From Gammaproteobacteria bacterium (GTDB taxonomy: Bacteria; Pseudomonadota; Gammaproteobacteria; GCA-002705445; GCA-002716945): a stretch of DNA of 64,000 nt. Shown here piece after piece: positions 9,087 through 18,420 of this stretch (position 1 is its first letter; each line of letters starts with the position of its first letter). The notes beneath the pieces are model-generated. The model was not told the origin of the DNA, ran no database searches, and saw nothing but the letters and a program-made list of their open reading frames with translations. The position numbers were made by a program, and so were the translations under genes. The stretch lies in the NCBI GenBank assembly GCA_047611265.1, contig JBLFWM010000001.1, forward strand, positions 153,153 through 217,152. The letters are read 5' to 3'.

Positions 9087-9585
9087 TCATGGGTATTATT
9101 TGTTGTTGATAAATATCATTAGTGATAGCTCCAATATACTTTGCTCTGATTATTCTATTTTTATCAACTAAAAAAGTTTCTGGTACTCCATATACTCCCA
9201 AATCTAAACCAAGCTGACCAGTATAATCATATATATTATAAAGGTATGGGTTGCCATAAATTGATAACCAGCCAAGCGCATCATTTCTCTCGTCTTTATA
9301 GTTTATGCCAACTATCTTTAATTTTTTATCTTTAGCTATATTTGTTAATACTGAATGTTCTCTGATGCATTCTAAACACCAGCTAGCCCATACATTTAAT
9401 AAGAATGGCTCATTAGGTAACATGTATATATCTGATTTATAAGTAGTATTTAATTCTACTAATTCATAATTCGGCAATTTTTTACCAATCAACGGCGACT
9501 GTATAGTTCTGGTTTCTATAAATAAACCAAAAAAAAGAACTGCTATAAAAAAAATAAAAATAATCAGAGGTATTTTAATCTTCAT
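9061..9585 (-). CDS. ccmG: thiol:disulfide interchange protein CcmG/DsbE
   Basis: Membrane anchor plus thioredoxin fold with 'WASWCLECIREH' (WCxxC) and 'GVYGVPETFLVD'. Confidence 0.85.
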   Translation of the reverse strand: MKIKIPLIIFIFFIAVLFFGLFIETRTIQSPLIGKKLPNYELVELNTTYKSDIYMLPNEPFLLNVWASWCLECIREHSVLTNIAKDKKLKIVGINYKDERNDALGWLSIYGNPYLYNIYDYTGQLGLDLGVYGVPETFLVDKNRIIRAKYIGAITNDIYQQQIIPMIEKINEDN

Positions 9586-9591
9586 CTTATT

Positions 9592-11520
9592 TCACCTTGA
9601 AAGAGTTACAGGTTTACTCTTTCTTTTAGAGAGAACACTAAGAACTCCACCGAAAACCATCATCAAAGCTCCCAACCATATCAGTCTAATAAAAGGCTTA
9701 TGGTATATTCTAACAGACCACACATCATCATTTATAAGACTACCCAGGGTGATGTATAAATCTCTACTGAGCCCTGGATCTATGCCAGCTTCTGTCATTG
9801 GCATATTATTATTGGAGGCATATATTCTTTTTTCAGGATAAAGCTCTGTTATAAGATTATTATTTTCATATACAAGAAATTTAGCCTTGACTCCTAAGTA
9901 ATTAGGTCCCTCATATTCGCTTATACTTTTAAATTTAAAAGCATAATTTTTAATCTCTATTGTTTCCCCAATTTTTACTACAATTTCTTTTTCAACCTTA
10001 TTATTTTCAACAATTGTTGCTCCTAAGATAAAAACTGCTAATCCAAGATGAGCTAGAGTCATTCCTATATTTGTAAAAAATATATTCTTTGTCTTAGAAA
10101 GATAATACCTATTAATCAAATCATATATTATGTTGAATGATATCCAGATGAATATGAAAATTCCCAGCAATACATTTAAATTAAAGTTATCAAAAAAAGC
10201 TATACTTAATAAAGATAAAAATATTACAACCAACAAACTTGCGAGTAAGTGGTTGAGCATGTATTTTTTATCCTTACGCTTTGAAAGAAACAATATAGGT
10301 ATATACCCTGCAAGAAGTGCTAATGGCGTCATGATTGGAAGAAAAACTGCATTGTAGTATGGAACACCAACAGATATTTTTTCAAGTCCAAGTAAATCTA
10401 ACAGTAAAGGATACATTGTTCCTAATAATATTGTAAAAGTTGCTGTTACGAGAAGAATATTATTAATTAAAAAGAAGCTTTCTCTTGAAAATAAATCAAA
10501 TGAAATATTATCTTTAATTTTAGGTGAATTTTTAAAATAAATTAAAAGTGATCCCCCGACAACTATAGTTAAGAATAATAATATAAAAGCCCCTCTTGCT
10601 GGATCATTTGCAAATGAGTGTACTGAAATAAGAATTCCTGACCTTACTAAAAAGGTTCCTAACAAACTTAATGAAAAAGCCATAATTGAAAGCAAAATAG
10701 TCCAGTTTTTAAACATTGATTTCTGTTCACATGTGATCAATGAGTGTATTAAAGCTGTAGTTATGAGCCATGGCATGAATGATGCGTTTTCTACAGGGTC
10801 CCAAAACCACCAACCTCCCCAACCTAACTCATAGTATGCCCACCAACTGCCTAGAGCTATTCCTAGTGTTAAGAAACTCCATGACATTAGAGCCCAAGGT
10901 CGTATCCATTTTGCCCATTCCTTTTTAAAATCATGTTGTAAGAGACAAGTAACGGCAAAACTAAAAACAACAGATAATCCCACATATCCCATATAAAGCA
11001 TAGGCGGGTGTATGATTAAACCAAAGTCTTGTAACAAAGGATTCAAGTCTTTGCCATCAATAGGTATCGAAATGTTTTTTTCAAAAGGGTTTGAGGTGAA
11101 TACTAGAAAAAGTAAAAACCCTAGATTTAGAAAACCCATAATTGATAAAAATTTAAGCCTAAATTGTGTATCCAAAGATTTGCTATACATGCTTGCCATA
11201 AATGTCCAAAAACTTAATATCAAACACCATAAAAGCATAGACCCCTCATGTCCGGCCCAAGTGGCTGATATTTTATAGAAGAACGGTAATGCAGAATTTG
11301 AATTAGAAGAAATATATTTTAAAGAGAAATCATCGTTTACAAAAGCAACGATCAAGCAAATAAAAGCTATTAGAACTAATGGAAATTGAAGTTTTGATGT
11401 AGATAAAATTAAAGAATCATAGTCAGAAGTTATTTTGGACAGTATAGGTTTAGATAGAACTAATAAACTTGCGTTTAGAAGAGCTATTAATATTATAAAA
11501 GATCCTATATAAGAAATCAT
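9592..11520 (-). CDS. ccmF: cytochrome c heme lyase subunit CcmF
   Basis: 642-aa polytopic protein with the WWD domain 'GWGGWWFWDPVENASFMPWL'. Confidence 0.9.
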   Translation of the reverse strand: MISYIGSFIILIALLNASLLVLSKPILSKITSDYDSLILSTSKLQFPLVLIAFICLIVAFVNDDFSLKYISSNSNSALPFFYKISATWAGHEGSMLLWCLILSFWTFMASMYSKSLDTQFRLKFLSIMGFLNLGFLLFLVFTSNPFEKNISIPIDGKDLNPLLQDFGLIIHPPMLYMGYVGLSVVFSFAVTCLLQHDFKKEWAKWIRPWALMSWSFLTLGIALGSWWAYYELGWGGWWFWDPVENASFMPWLITTALIHSLITCEQKSMFKNWTILLSIMAFSLSLLGTFLVRSGILISVHSFANDPARGAFILLFLTIVVGGSLLIYFKNSPKIKDNISFDLFSRESFFLINNILLVTATFTILLGTMYPLLLDLLGLEKISVGVPYYNAVFLPIMTPLALLAGYIPILFLSKRKDKKYMLNHLLASLLVVIFLSLLSIAFFDNFNLNVLLGIFIFIWISFNIIYDLINRYYLSKTKNIFFTNIGMTLAHLGLAVFILGATIVENNKVEKEIVVKIGETIEIKNYAFKFKSISEYEGPNYLGVKAKFLVYENNNLITELYPEKRIYASNNNMPMTEAGIDPGLSRDLYITLGSLINDDVWSVRIYHKPFIRLIWLGALMMVFGGVLSVLSKRKSKPVTLSR

Positions 11521-11524
11521 ATCA

Positions 11525-11986
11525 TTAATAAATATTCATAGATTTTGTAGTATCTTCTATTGTTTTTTCTTTCATTTTTAAGCTGTCTAATACTTCTGGT
11601 GGCATATACGTCTCATCATGCTTAGCCAATACTTCTTCTGCATAAAAAATGCCATCAGTACCTAGCTTTCCTCTGATTACTACACCCTGTCCTTCTCTAA
11701 ATAAATCTGGAAGAATTCCATTATAACTAATACCAATTGTTTTTTCATAATCAGTTATGGAAAACTTTACATTAGTTGAGGTTTTACTTTTAATCAGAGT
11801 TCCATCTAATACGACACCTCCAACTCTAAATATGTAATCTTTCGGAAATTCTCCGGCAGTTATTTGAGATGGGCTTCTATAAAACAGAAGATTTTCATTA
11901 AAGGTTTTAACGAATAAGAAAAAAATAATACTTAATGAAACCAGTATAAAAGAAACATAATAAATTCTAAGAGTCCTTTTCTTCAT
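11525..11986 (-). CDS. ccmE: cytochrome c-type biogenesis heme chaperone CcmE
   Basis: N-terminal TM anchor, OB-fold, and C-terminal heme-binding 'VLAKHDETYMPPEV' (E. coli 'LAKHDENYTPPEV'). Confidence 0.85.
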   Translation of the reverse strand: MKKRTLRIYYVSFILVSLSIIFFLFVKTFNENLLFYRSPSQITAGEFPKDYIFRVGGVVLDGTLIKSKTSTNVKFSITDYEKTIGISYNGILPDLFREGQGVVIRGKLGTDGIFYAEEVLAKHDETYMPPEVLDSLKMKEKTIEDTTKSMNIY

Positions 11987-11990
11987 ATAT

Positions 11991-12116
11991 TTAATCTCTA
12001 TTCTTCACCATAGTCTTGGTATTACTGAATTGTTTATATAGTATTAATAAATTTACAACCATAAAAAGAATGACTATTGCATATGATGAGAAAATATAAA
12101 TAAAATAATTGTTCAT
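11991..12116 (-). CDS. ccmD: CcmD-like small membrane protein (41 aa, below the ORF-track cutoff)
   Basis: Hand translation of the minus strand gives ATG...TAA = MNNYFIYIFSSYAIVILFMVVNLLILYKQFSNTKTMVKNRD. It has a single TM helix and a basic tail. The stop lies 4 nt before the ccmE start, which is the canonical ccmD position. Confidence 0.4.
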   Translation of the reverse strand: MNNYFIYIFSSYAIVILFMVVNLLILYKQFSNTKTMVKNRD

Positions 12117-12171
12117 AACCGAATATTAGCCTATAAAACTTAAAACAAAAACTACATAAAATATGTTTGAA

Positions 12172-12245
12172 TGGTCAAGGGTGGACTTGAACCACCGACC
12201 CCAGCGTTATGAGTGCTGTGCTCTAACCAACTGAGCTACATGACC
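12172..12245 (-). tRNA. tRNA-Met (anticodon CAU), elongator type
   Basis: Reverse complement reads GGTCATGTAGCTCAGTTGGTTAGAGCACAGCACTCATAACGCTGGGGTCGGTGGTTCAAGTCCACCCTTGACCA. D-arm, anticodon loop CUCAUAA and variable loop are identical to E. coli metT. One U.U mismatch in the acceptor stem. CCA is not encoded. Confidence 0.8.
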
Positions 12246-12246
12246 A

Positions 12247-13323
12247 TTAAACATTAAATCGAAAATAGATAACATCGCCTTCTTCAACCATGTAATCCTT
12301 ACCTTCTTGCCTCCATACACCAGCAGTTTTCGAGCCTTGATCGCCATTATGTTTTATATAATCACTGTAGGCAACAGTCTCAGCTCTAATAAATCCTTTT
12401 TTGATGTCTGTATGTATAATACCCGAACAATCCCTCGCATTAAAACCTTTTTTTGCTGCCCAAGCCCTAGTTTCTTTTGGACCAGAAGTAAAAAAAGTTT
12501 TTAATCCTAGTAATTTGTATCCAGCACTTATTATCCTAGATAAGGCACTTTCTGTTAAACCAAGATCTTTTAGGAATTCTTCTTGATCATTTTCATCAAG
12601 TTCCGTTATATCTTGCTCAAGGCCAACATCAATAGTGACAAATTGAATATCTGCACCAATTAGTTTCCTAAATTCATCTATCTCTTTTTGGTCAGATTGT
12701 TCATTAATGTTTCCAATCACAAACATAGGTTTTTTGGTTAATAATTTCAAATCATTAAGAGCAGTTAGTTCTTCAGAAAATACAAAAGAAGAGGCAAAAT
12801 TATCTTCTGACAAATGATTAAGTAATGCTGTCATTTCAACACTTAGTATTTCTTTTTCTTTTGGATCAGTTTTACTTTTCTTAAATCTTTCTAGATATTT
12901 TTCTAATGTCCCTATATCAGCAAGTATTAGCTCTAAATTAATATCCTCAAAGTCTTCTAGGGGAGTATAATTATCTTTAACATGAATAACTTCTTTATCT
13001 TTAAAAAATCTTACGACATGAGCAATAACATCTGTGCTATTAATATGGCCTAAAAATTCATTTCCAAGACCCTCGCCTTTTGATGCACCCTTGATTAACC
13101 CAGCAATATCAACAAACTCTATAGATGCGTTTACAACATTCTCAGATTTATTAGTGTCACCTAATGCATTTAATCTTTTATCAGGTACCTGTACATATGC
13201 AATATTAGGGTCAATGGTACAAAATGGATAATTATTAGCAGGTATTTTTTGCTCAGTTAATAAATTAAAAATTGAAGATTTTCCAACATTAGGCATTCCA
13301 ACTAAACCGCATTTAAAACTCAT
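12247..13323 (-). CDS. ychF: ribosome-binding ATPase YchF (Obg-family GTPase)
   Basis: 'MSFKCGLVGMPNVGKSSIFNLLT' (G1 P-loop) and a TGS domain at the C-terminus. The longest ORF starts 6 codons earlier at 13341. The ATG at 13323 matches the conserved YchF N-terminus and clears the pth stop. Confidence 0.9.
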   Translation of the reverse strand: MSFKCGLVGMPNVGKSSIFNLLTEQKIPANNYPFCTIDPNIAYVQVPDKRLNALGDTNKSENVVNASIEFVDIAGLIKGASKGEGLGNEFLGHINSTDVIAHVVRFFKDKEVIHVKDNYTPLEDFEDINLELILADIGTLEKYLERFKKSKTDPKEKEILSVEMTALLNHLSEDNFASSFVFSEELTALNDLKLLTKKPMFVIGNINEQSDQKEIDEFRKLIGADIQFVTIDVGLEQDITELDENDQEEFLKDLGLTESALSRIISAGYKLLGLKTFFTSGPKETRAWAAKKGFNARDCSGIIHTDIKKGFIRAETVAYSDYIKHNGDQGSKTAGVWRQEGKDYMVEEGDVIYFRFNV

Positions 13324-13324
13324 T

Positions 13325-13924
13325 TTACTTATTATCTCCATTTAGCTTATTCATTAAAGCTGACCCATTTCCTGAGAAGAAATTATCTATTTCATTAATG
13401 GTAAAATGAATGCTTTCAAAAATTGACTCTTTGTCTTCCTTGGAAGGTTTTCCCAAGACATATTCGATAACTTTATTCTTATCATCAGGTTTATCTATAC
13501 CAATTCTTAGTCTCCAAAAATTTTTAGATCCTAACTGTTCAATTATACTATTTAAACCGTTATGACCACCACTTCCGCCACCGAGTTTTAATCTTGTCTT
13601 CCCAGCGACTAAATCTAAATCATCATAAACTATAAGTATATTCTCTGGATTAATATTTTTATTCTTAATAAATTTTTTTATTGGGACTCCACTATTATTT
13701 ATATAGCTCAAAGGCTTCATCATATAAAATAATTTTTCTTGTTGCTTATATTGAAAAATATCTGAATCATATTTTTTTTGAAAATCGAAATCCTTGTTTA
13801 GTTTTTCAGACAATAAGTCTAAAAACCAAAACCCAACATTGTGTCTGGTCGATAAAAGTTTTTTATCAGGATTACCAAGGCCAACAATTAGCTGAAGTGA
13901 CATTAGACTCATATCTTTAAGCAT
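13325..13924 (-). CDS. pth: peptidyl-tRNA hydrolase
   Basis: 'LIVGLGNPDKK...TRHNVGFWFLD' and 'YVLGKPSKEDK'. The true start is probably the internal ATG (MSLQLIVGLGNP) at 13903. Confidence 0.9.
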   Translation of the reverse strand: MLKDMSLMSLQLIVGLGNPDKKLLSTRHNVGFWFLDLLSEKLNKDFDFQKKYDSDIFQYKQQEKLFYMMKPLSYINNSGVPIKKFIKNKNINPENILIVYDDLDLVAGKTRLKLGGGSGGHNGLNSIIEQLGSKNFWRLRIGIDKPDDKNKVIEYVLGKPSKEDKESIFESIHFTINEIDNFFSGNGSALMNKLNGDNK

Positions 13925-13939
13925 AGAAAATAATTTAAA

Positions 13940-14647
13940 CTATTTACCTTCTTTTGAATCAACTTTTTTGTCGTCTTTATTATCATCTGCAGAATCTTCA
14001 TCTGCTTTTACATTCGTTGCTTCTGGAGCAGCAAGTTCTTCTGGCGCACCTTCTTCTATAACTTCTTCTTCTGCAGGCATATAACATTTAATTATTGCTG
14101 TATCACTTTCTTTCTCACTTGCAGATACAATCTCTACACCGCTTGGCAGAACAATTTCTGACATATGTATACTATGATTAAGGTCTAAATCTGTTACATC
14201 TACTTCAAGATTCTCAGGTATATCCTTGGGAAGACAACTAATTACAGTCTCTGAAATTATATGAGATAATTGGCCGCCAGAAATTTTAACTCCTTTACAG
14301 ATATCTTCATTAATAAATTTTATTGGGACATTAACTTCAATCTTAACGTTCTGGTCTATCATTAAAAAGTCAATGTGAGTAATATCTGATCTTGTTGGAT
14401 CTCTCTGAACTTCCTTAAGAATAACTTCTACTTTTGTATCACCAATACTTAAATCAATTACATTACTATAAAACTGTGGGTCTTTAGTCTGATTATTAAG
14501 CTCAAAAGTATTAACTAATACTGACTGATTATCCTTAGAAGTACCATATATCTCAGCAGGAACTAAGTTTTCTCTACGATAACGTTTAGTTGCTCTTTTG
14601 CCAAAATTTTCTCTTTTAACTGCGCTTAATATGTATTGTGATGTCAT
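13940..14647 (-). CDS. rplY: 50S ribosomal protein L25 / general stress protein Ctc
   Basis: N-terminal 'RENFGKRATKRYRRENLVPAEIYG' L25 domain plus an acidic, Lys-rich C-terminal tail, as in long-form L25/Ctc. Confidence 0.85.
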   Translation of the reverse strand: MTSQYILSAVKRENFGKRATKRYRRENLVPAEIYGTSKDNQSVLVNTFELNNQTKDPQFYSNVIDLSIGDTKVEVILKEVQRDPTRSDITHIDFLMIDQNVKIEVNVPIKFINEDICKGVKISGGQLSHIISETVISCLPKDIPENLEVDVTDLDLNHSIHMSEIVLPSGVEIVSASEKESDTAIIKCYMPAEEEVIEEGAPEELAAPEATNVKADEDSADDNKDDKKVDSKEGK

Positions 14648-14688
14648 TTCTAATATTCTCTCTTATTCTTCAAAAATAGGATTATACA

Positions 14689-15654
14689 CTAATCCATGAA
14701 GAGTGTACTAACAGATTCTCCATGATGAATCCTTCTTATTGTTTCAGCTAACATCCCAGATACTGAGATTTGCCTTATATTGCCAATACTTTTGGCCTTT
14801 TCATGTAAAGGAATTGTATCAGTTACAACTATCTCATCAAGCATTGATTTCTTAATATTTTCATATGCTTTTCCTGACAAGACTGGATGTGTTATATACG
14901 CATAGACTTTTTTGGCTCCTTCAGCTTTTAAAGCCTTAGCTGCACCACAGAGTGTGCCAGCTGTATCAACCATATCATCTACCATAATACAACTCGTGCC
15001 TTTTACATCACCTATAATTTGCATTACTTCCGATACATTGGCTTGTGTTCTTCTTTTATCAATAATAGCTAAATCACAATTAAGTTGCTTGGCTAACGCT
15101 CTAGCTCTTACTACGCCACCAATATCAGGCGAGACTACCAATATATTGGGTAATTTCTGCTTATATATATCAGCAACAAGCAATGGAGTCGCATAAATAT
15201 TATCTACAGGTATGTCAAAAAAACCCTGAATTTGATCCGCATGAAGGTCAATGGTTAATAGTCTATCAATACCTATACCCTCTATCATATTAGCGACTAC
15301 TTTCGCTGTAATAGGAACTCTGGCAGATCTAACTCTTCTATCTTGCCTTGAATATCCAAAATATGGGACAACAGCTGTAATTCTTTTTACAGAAGATCTT
15401 CTCAGAGCATCAGTCATGACCATTAACTCCATTAAGGTGTCATTGGTAGGCATACATGTTGGCTGGATTATAAAAATATCTTGTCCACGAACATTCTCTT
15501 GAATTTCTACAGATATTTCTCCATCGCTAAAAGTTGACACAGAGGCTTTACCTATTGACAACTTTAGATGTGACGCAACTTTCTTAGCTAGCTGCATATT
15601 TGAATTTCCTGAAAAAATCATCAAAGGTTTGTCGTTTTTCATAAGCATTTCCAA
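14689..15654 (-). CDS. prs: ribose-phosphate pyrophosphokinase
   Basis: '[19 protein letters not shown]' and '[17 protein letters not shown]' are near-identical to E. coli Prs. PRPP-binding loop '[13 protein letters not shown]'. Confidence 0.9.
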   Translation of the reverse strand: MEMLMKNDKPLMIFSGNSNMQLAKKVASHLKLSIGKASVSTFSDGEISVEIQENVRGQDIFIIQPTCMPTNDTLMELMVMTDALRRSSVKRITAVVPYFGYSRQDRRVRSARVPITAKVVANMIEGIGIDRLLTIDLHADQIQGFFDIPVDNIYATPLLVADIYKQKLPNILVVSPDIGGVVRARALAKQLNCDLAIIDKRRTQANVSEVMQIIGDVKGTSCIMVDDMVDTAGTLCGAAKALKAEGAKKVYAYITHPVLSGKAYENIKKSMLDEIVVTDTIPLHEKAKSIGNIRQISVSGMLAETIRRIHHGESVSTLFMD

Positions 15655-15660
15655 ATTATA

Positions 15661-15732
15661 CTGGGGTGGAAGGATTCGAACCTCCGAATGACTGGATCAA
15701 AACCAGCTGCCTTACCGCTTGGCGACACCCCA
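15661..15732 (-). tRNA. tRNA-Gln (anticodon UUG)
   Basis: Reverse complement reads TGGGGTGTCGCCAAGCGGTAAGGCAGCTGGTTTTGATCCAGTCATTCGGAGGTTCGAATCCTCCCACCCCAG. It tracks E. coli glnU throughout, with anticodon loop UUUUGAU. Confidence 0.85.
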
Positions 15733-15865
15733 AAAATAAATTCATTATAAATATATCAAGAGTATCTTGAATTTACTAGCTCCATAGCTATTGATTATTA
15801 GCCTAGATTAACATGAGAAATATAATAAGTGTATTCAAAATAACAGTGTTTTTTAAAATCAATAC

Positions 15866-16669
15866 TTATAAAGATGCAATTAAAAATGCTTTCTGATTCT
15901 TTGGAATAGCTGATATAGCTGACTTCGCTTTTTCCAAGCTATCAAATGAGACAAAAATTGTTCCCCCTGTCCCAGACATTCGAGCATTACCTAGATTAGA
16001 TAGAATCTCATAAGATTTTTTAATGGAAGGATATTTATTAAAAACAATCTCTTCAAAATTATTCTGAAAATTATTATTTATATAGTCATCGTATGAATAA
16101 TATGATGGCTCATCAGGAATCTCAAGGAGACTATATATATCTGATGTTGATACATTATGTTTTCCAAATATCATTATAAACCAAGCAGGTTTTAAAAATA
16201 TTTTTGTAATCACATCACCTTTACCCTCAACCCATGCATTTTTAGCATTTAAAAAGAAAGGAATATCACTACCCAAAGATAATGCTATTTTATAGAGAGA
16301 TGGTAATTTAACCTTATGATCATAAATTTCATTCAAGGCAAGCAGAGTTGTTGCGGCATTAGAGCTTCCTCCTCCTAAACCGCCACCAATTGGAATATTT
16401 TTTTTTAAAAAAATATCTAAGCCAATATGTTGCATTCTAGATACCTTCTTATAGGCATGTATTGCCTTGATAATTAAATTATCTTTTTCAAGAGATTTTA
16501 CATTACATTCAAAGTTTATAATGCCATCATTTCTTGTCTTGAAGACCAGCTCATCATTTAAATTTATGAGCTGAAAGATGCTCTGTATATCATGATAACC
16601 ATCTACTCTTTTTCTTAAAATATTTAGGAAAAGATTAACTTTTGCTGGTGACTTATAGAGGTATTTCAT
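15866..16669 (-). CDS. ispE: 4-diphosphocytidyl-2-C-methyl-D-erythritol kinase
   Basis: 'PAKVNLFLNILRKRVDGYHDIQSIF' and the GHMP-kinase loop 'NIPIGGGLGGGSSNAATTLLALNE'. Confidence 0.85.
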   Translation of the reverse strand: MKYLYKSPAKVNLFLNILRKRVDGYHDIQSIFQLINLNDELVFKTRNDGIINFECNVKSLEKDNLIIKAIHAYKKVSRMQHIGLDIFLKKNIPIGGGLGGGSSNAATTLLALNEIYDHKVKLPSLYKIALSLGSDIPFFLNAKNAWVEGKGDVITKIFLKPAWFIMIFGKHNVSTSDIYSLLEIPDEPSYYSYDDYINNNFQNNFEEIVFNKYPSIKKSYEILSNLGNARMSGTGGTIFVSFDSLEKAKSAISAIPKNQKAFLIASL

Positions 16670-18374
16670 TATTCATTGAGTTAAGTTTTTGCACGAATGA
16701 TTCATCGTCAGAGTTTCTCTCTAATTCTAGATGAATAATATTTTTAAGCTTATTATAAGATTTATTTTTAATTAATATTTCACAATAATGCAAAATGATT
16801 TCCTTGTCTTTATCTCTCTCATAAGAAGCTTCGACAAACTTTAGAGCGTCAACATAATTTCCTCTTTTGTATTCCACCCACCCTAAACTATCTAGGATAG
16901 CAGCGCTACCTGGATCATAAAGATGAGCCTCATGTATTAACTCATAAGCCTCATCATATCTTTGGGTGTGAACAGCTAAACTATAACCAAGAGCATTTAA
17001 AGTATTCGCATTCTTCTGATCTATGAGCAAGACAGTTGTTAAATCTTTTTCCATTAACTTAATTTCTCTTAATTCTTCATAAGCCATTGCTCTTGCATAT
17101 AATAAATTAGGGCTTGGCACCTTACTATTTAAATATTTTGTAGATAACTCTATTATCTCCCCATATAATTCATATTCATTTAATAAAGATATTTGTTTCA
17201 ACATGAATCTTTCTTTAATAGTTGGGGCAAAATATTTATTTATGTGGTTATCTAAAAACAAGATGGCTTTCTCTATGCTATCTGTTTCAACTAGAACGGA
17301 TGAGGTATGTATTAAAGCAATAATTTTTAAATTATAATTACTCACTCTTTCGTAATGATTAATGGCTTCGGTATAATTTCCTAGTTCGTAGTCATTCAAG
17401 CCTCTCAAAATATTAACCTCGTCATTTTCAGAAACAATAGCTGCCAAATATTTTTCAGATAAATTATATTTTTTATTTTCATAAAGAATTCTAGAAATTC
17501 TATAAATATTTTCTGGGTTATCAGGATCTCTTTCAAATATATCCTTGATTAATTTTTCCGTTGCAACCATGTCGTTCAATAAGGCATATATTCCTAAAAG
17601 TTCATACTCAACCTGCCTGTCTGATGATGGTTTATTCTGTAAAAAATTTTCTAACAAATCTTTTGCTTGTATGTCTCTATGTAACAATAACAAGGAATTA
17701 GCGTATAGTCGCACCAAATTCCTTTCACTCAAGGATCCTATTTTATCAATGTAATATATTACCTTTGAAGGCATATTATATGAATATAGCAACTCTATGA
17801 AACTTAAATTCAGGGCTTGGTTTTTATTTTTATTTAAATAGTTTTCAAAAAACTGTATGACATTTAATCTGTTTTTATTATCAAATAAAGAATATATCAG
17901 TTTACTATAATCACTTTTATTAATAGGTTGAATTTTTTTTATATAACTTTCAAAATATTTTTCAGCTAAAAATATATCAGAATTATCTAAAGATGACTTA
18001 ATTGCAAATTGATAAGGAGAGTATGAGTTTGGTTCTACTATGAGCCACCTCTTTGCAATTATTTCTGATTTTTTATAATCATAAAGGTTTAGAGAGATCT
18101 TGGAAATTTTTTTATATAGCTTAGTGTCTTTTAAAACATCAATATTTTTGACAAATACTCTCAAAGCATCCTTGTTCAGGTTTCTTTCGAGAGCAATGTG
18201 GATATAAAGAGAATTATATAAATGATTGTATTTATTATCTATGCTCCCTCCAAGCTGAATCTGATCGTCAACTTGATGTGCTTCGGTTGGATTCTTAGAG
18301 CATGACACAACAAATAATGTGATTATTATTAGTAAAATATTCAAATAGTTATGCATAATAGTATAATATATCAC
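16653..18374 (-). CDS. tetratricopeptide-repeat lipoprotein (positional equivalent of the TPR protein between hemA and lolB in Pseudomonas)
   Basis: Signal peptide with lipobox 'LFVVSC' and TPR-like repeats throughout ('NALGYSLAVHTQRYDEAYELIHEA', 'LGWVEYKRGNYVDALKFVE'). Divergent from hemA. Its 3' end overlaps the ispE start by 17 nt. Confidence 0.5.
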   Translation of the reverse strand: MIYYTIMHNYLNILLIIITLFVVSCSKNPTEAHQVDDQIQLGGSIDNKYNHLYNSLYIHIALERNLNKDALRVFVKNIDVLKDTKLYKKISKISLNLYDYKKSEIIAKRWLIVEPNSYSPYQFAIKSSLDNSDIFLAEKYFESYIKKIQPINKSDYSKLIYSLFDNKNRLNVIQFFENYLNKNKNQALNLSFIELLYSYNMPSKVIYYIDKIGSLSERNLVRLYANSLLLLHRDIQAKDLLENFLQNKPSSDRQVEYELLGIYALLNDMVATEKLIKDIFERDPDNPENIYRISRILYENKKYNLSEKYLAAIVSENDEVNILRGLNDYELGNYTEAINHYERVSNYNLKIIALIHTSSVLVETDSIEKAILFLDNHINKYFAPTIKERFMLKQISLLNEYELYGEIIELSTKYLNSKVPSPNLLYARAMAYEELREIKLMEKDLTTVLLIDQKNANTLNALGYSLAVHTQRYDEAYELIHEAHLYDPGSAAILDSLGWVEYKRGNYVDALKFVEASYERDKDKEIILHYCEILIKNKSYNKLKNIIHLELERNSDDESFVQKLNSMNNEIPL

Positions 18375-18420
18375 ATATCCATATTTTCGAAGAAAGTAAG
18401 GTAGATACAGGAAAATAATT

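Noticed and set aside
12172-12245. tRNA-Met or tRNA-Gln as integration sites of a genomic island
   Set aside because: No integrase, direct repeat of the tRNA 3' end, or compositional shift is visible next to either tRNA. Both sit inside conserved core synteny.
16653-18374. Possibility that the 573-aa TPR lipoprotein is a LolB fusion
   Set aside because: The whole length reads as TPR-like helical repeats. No LolB-like beta-barrel segment or LolB motifs are present.
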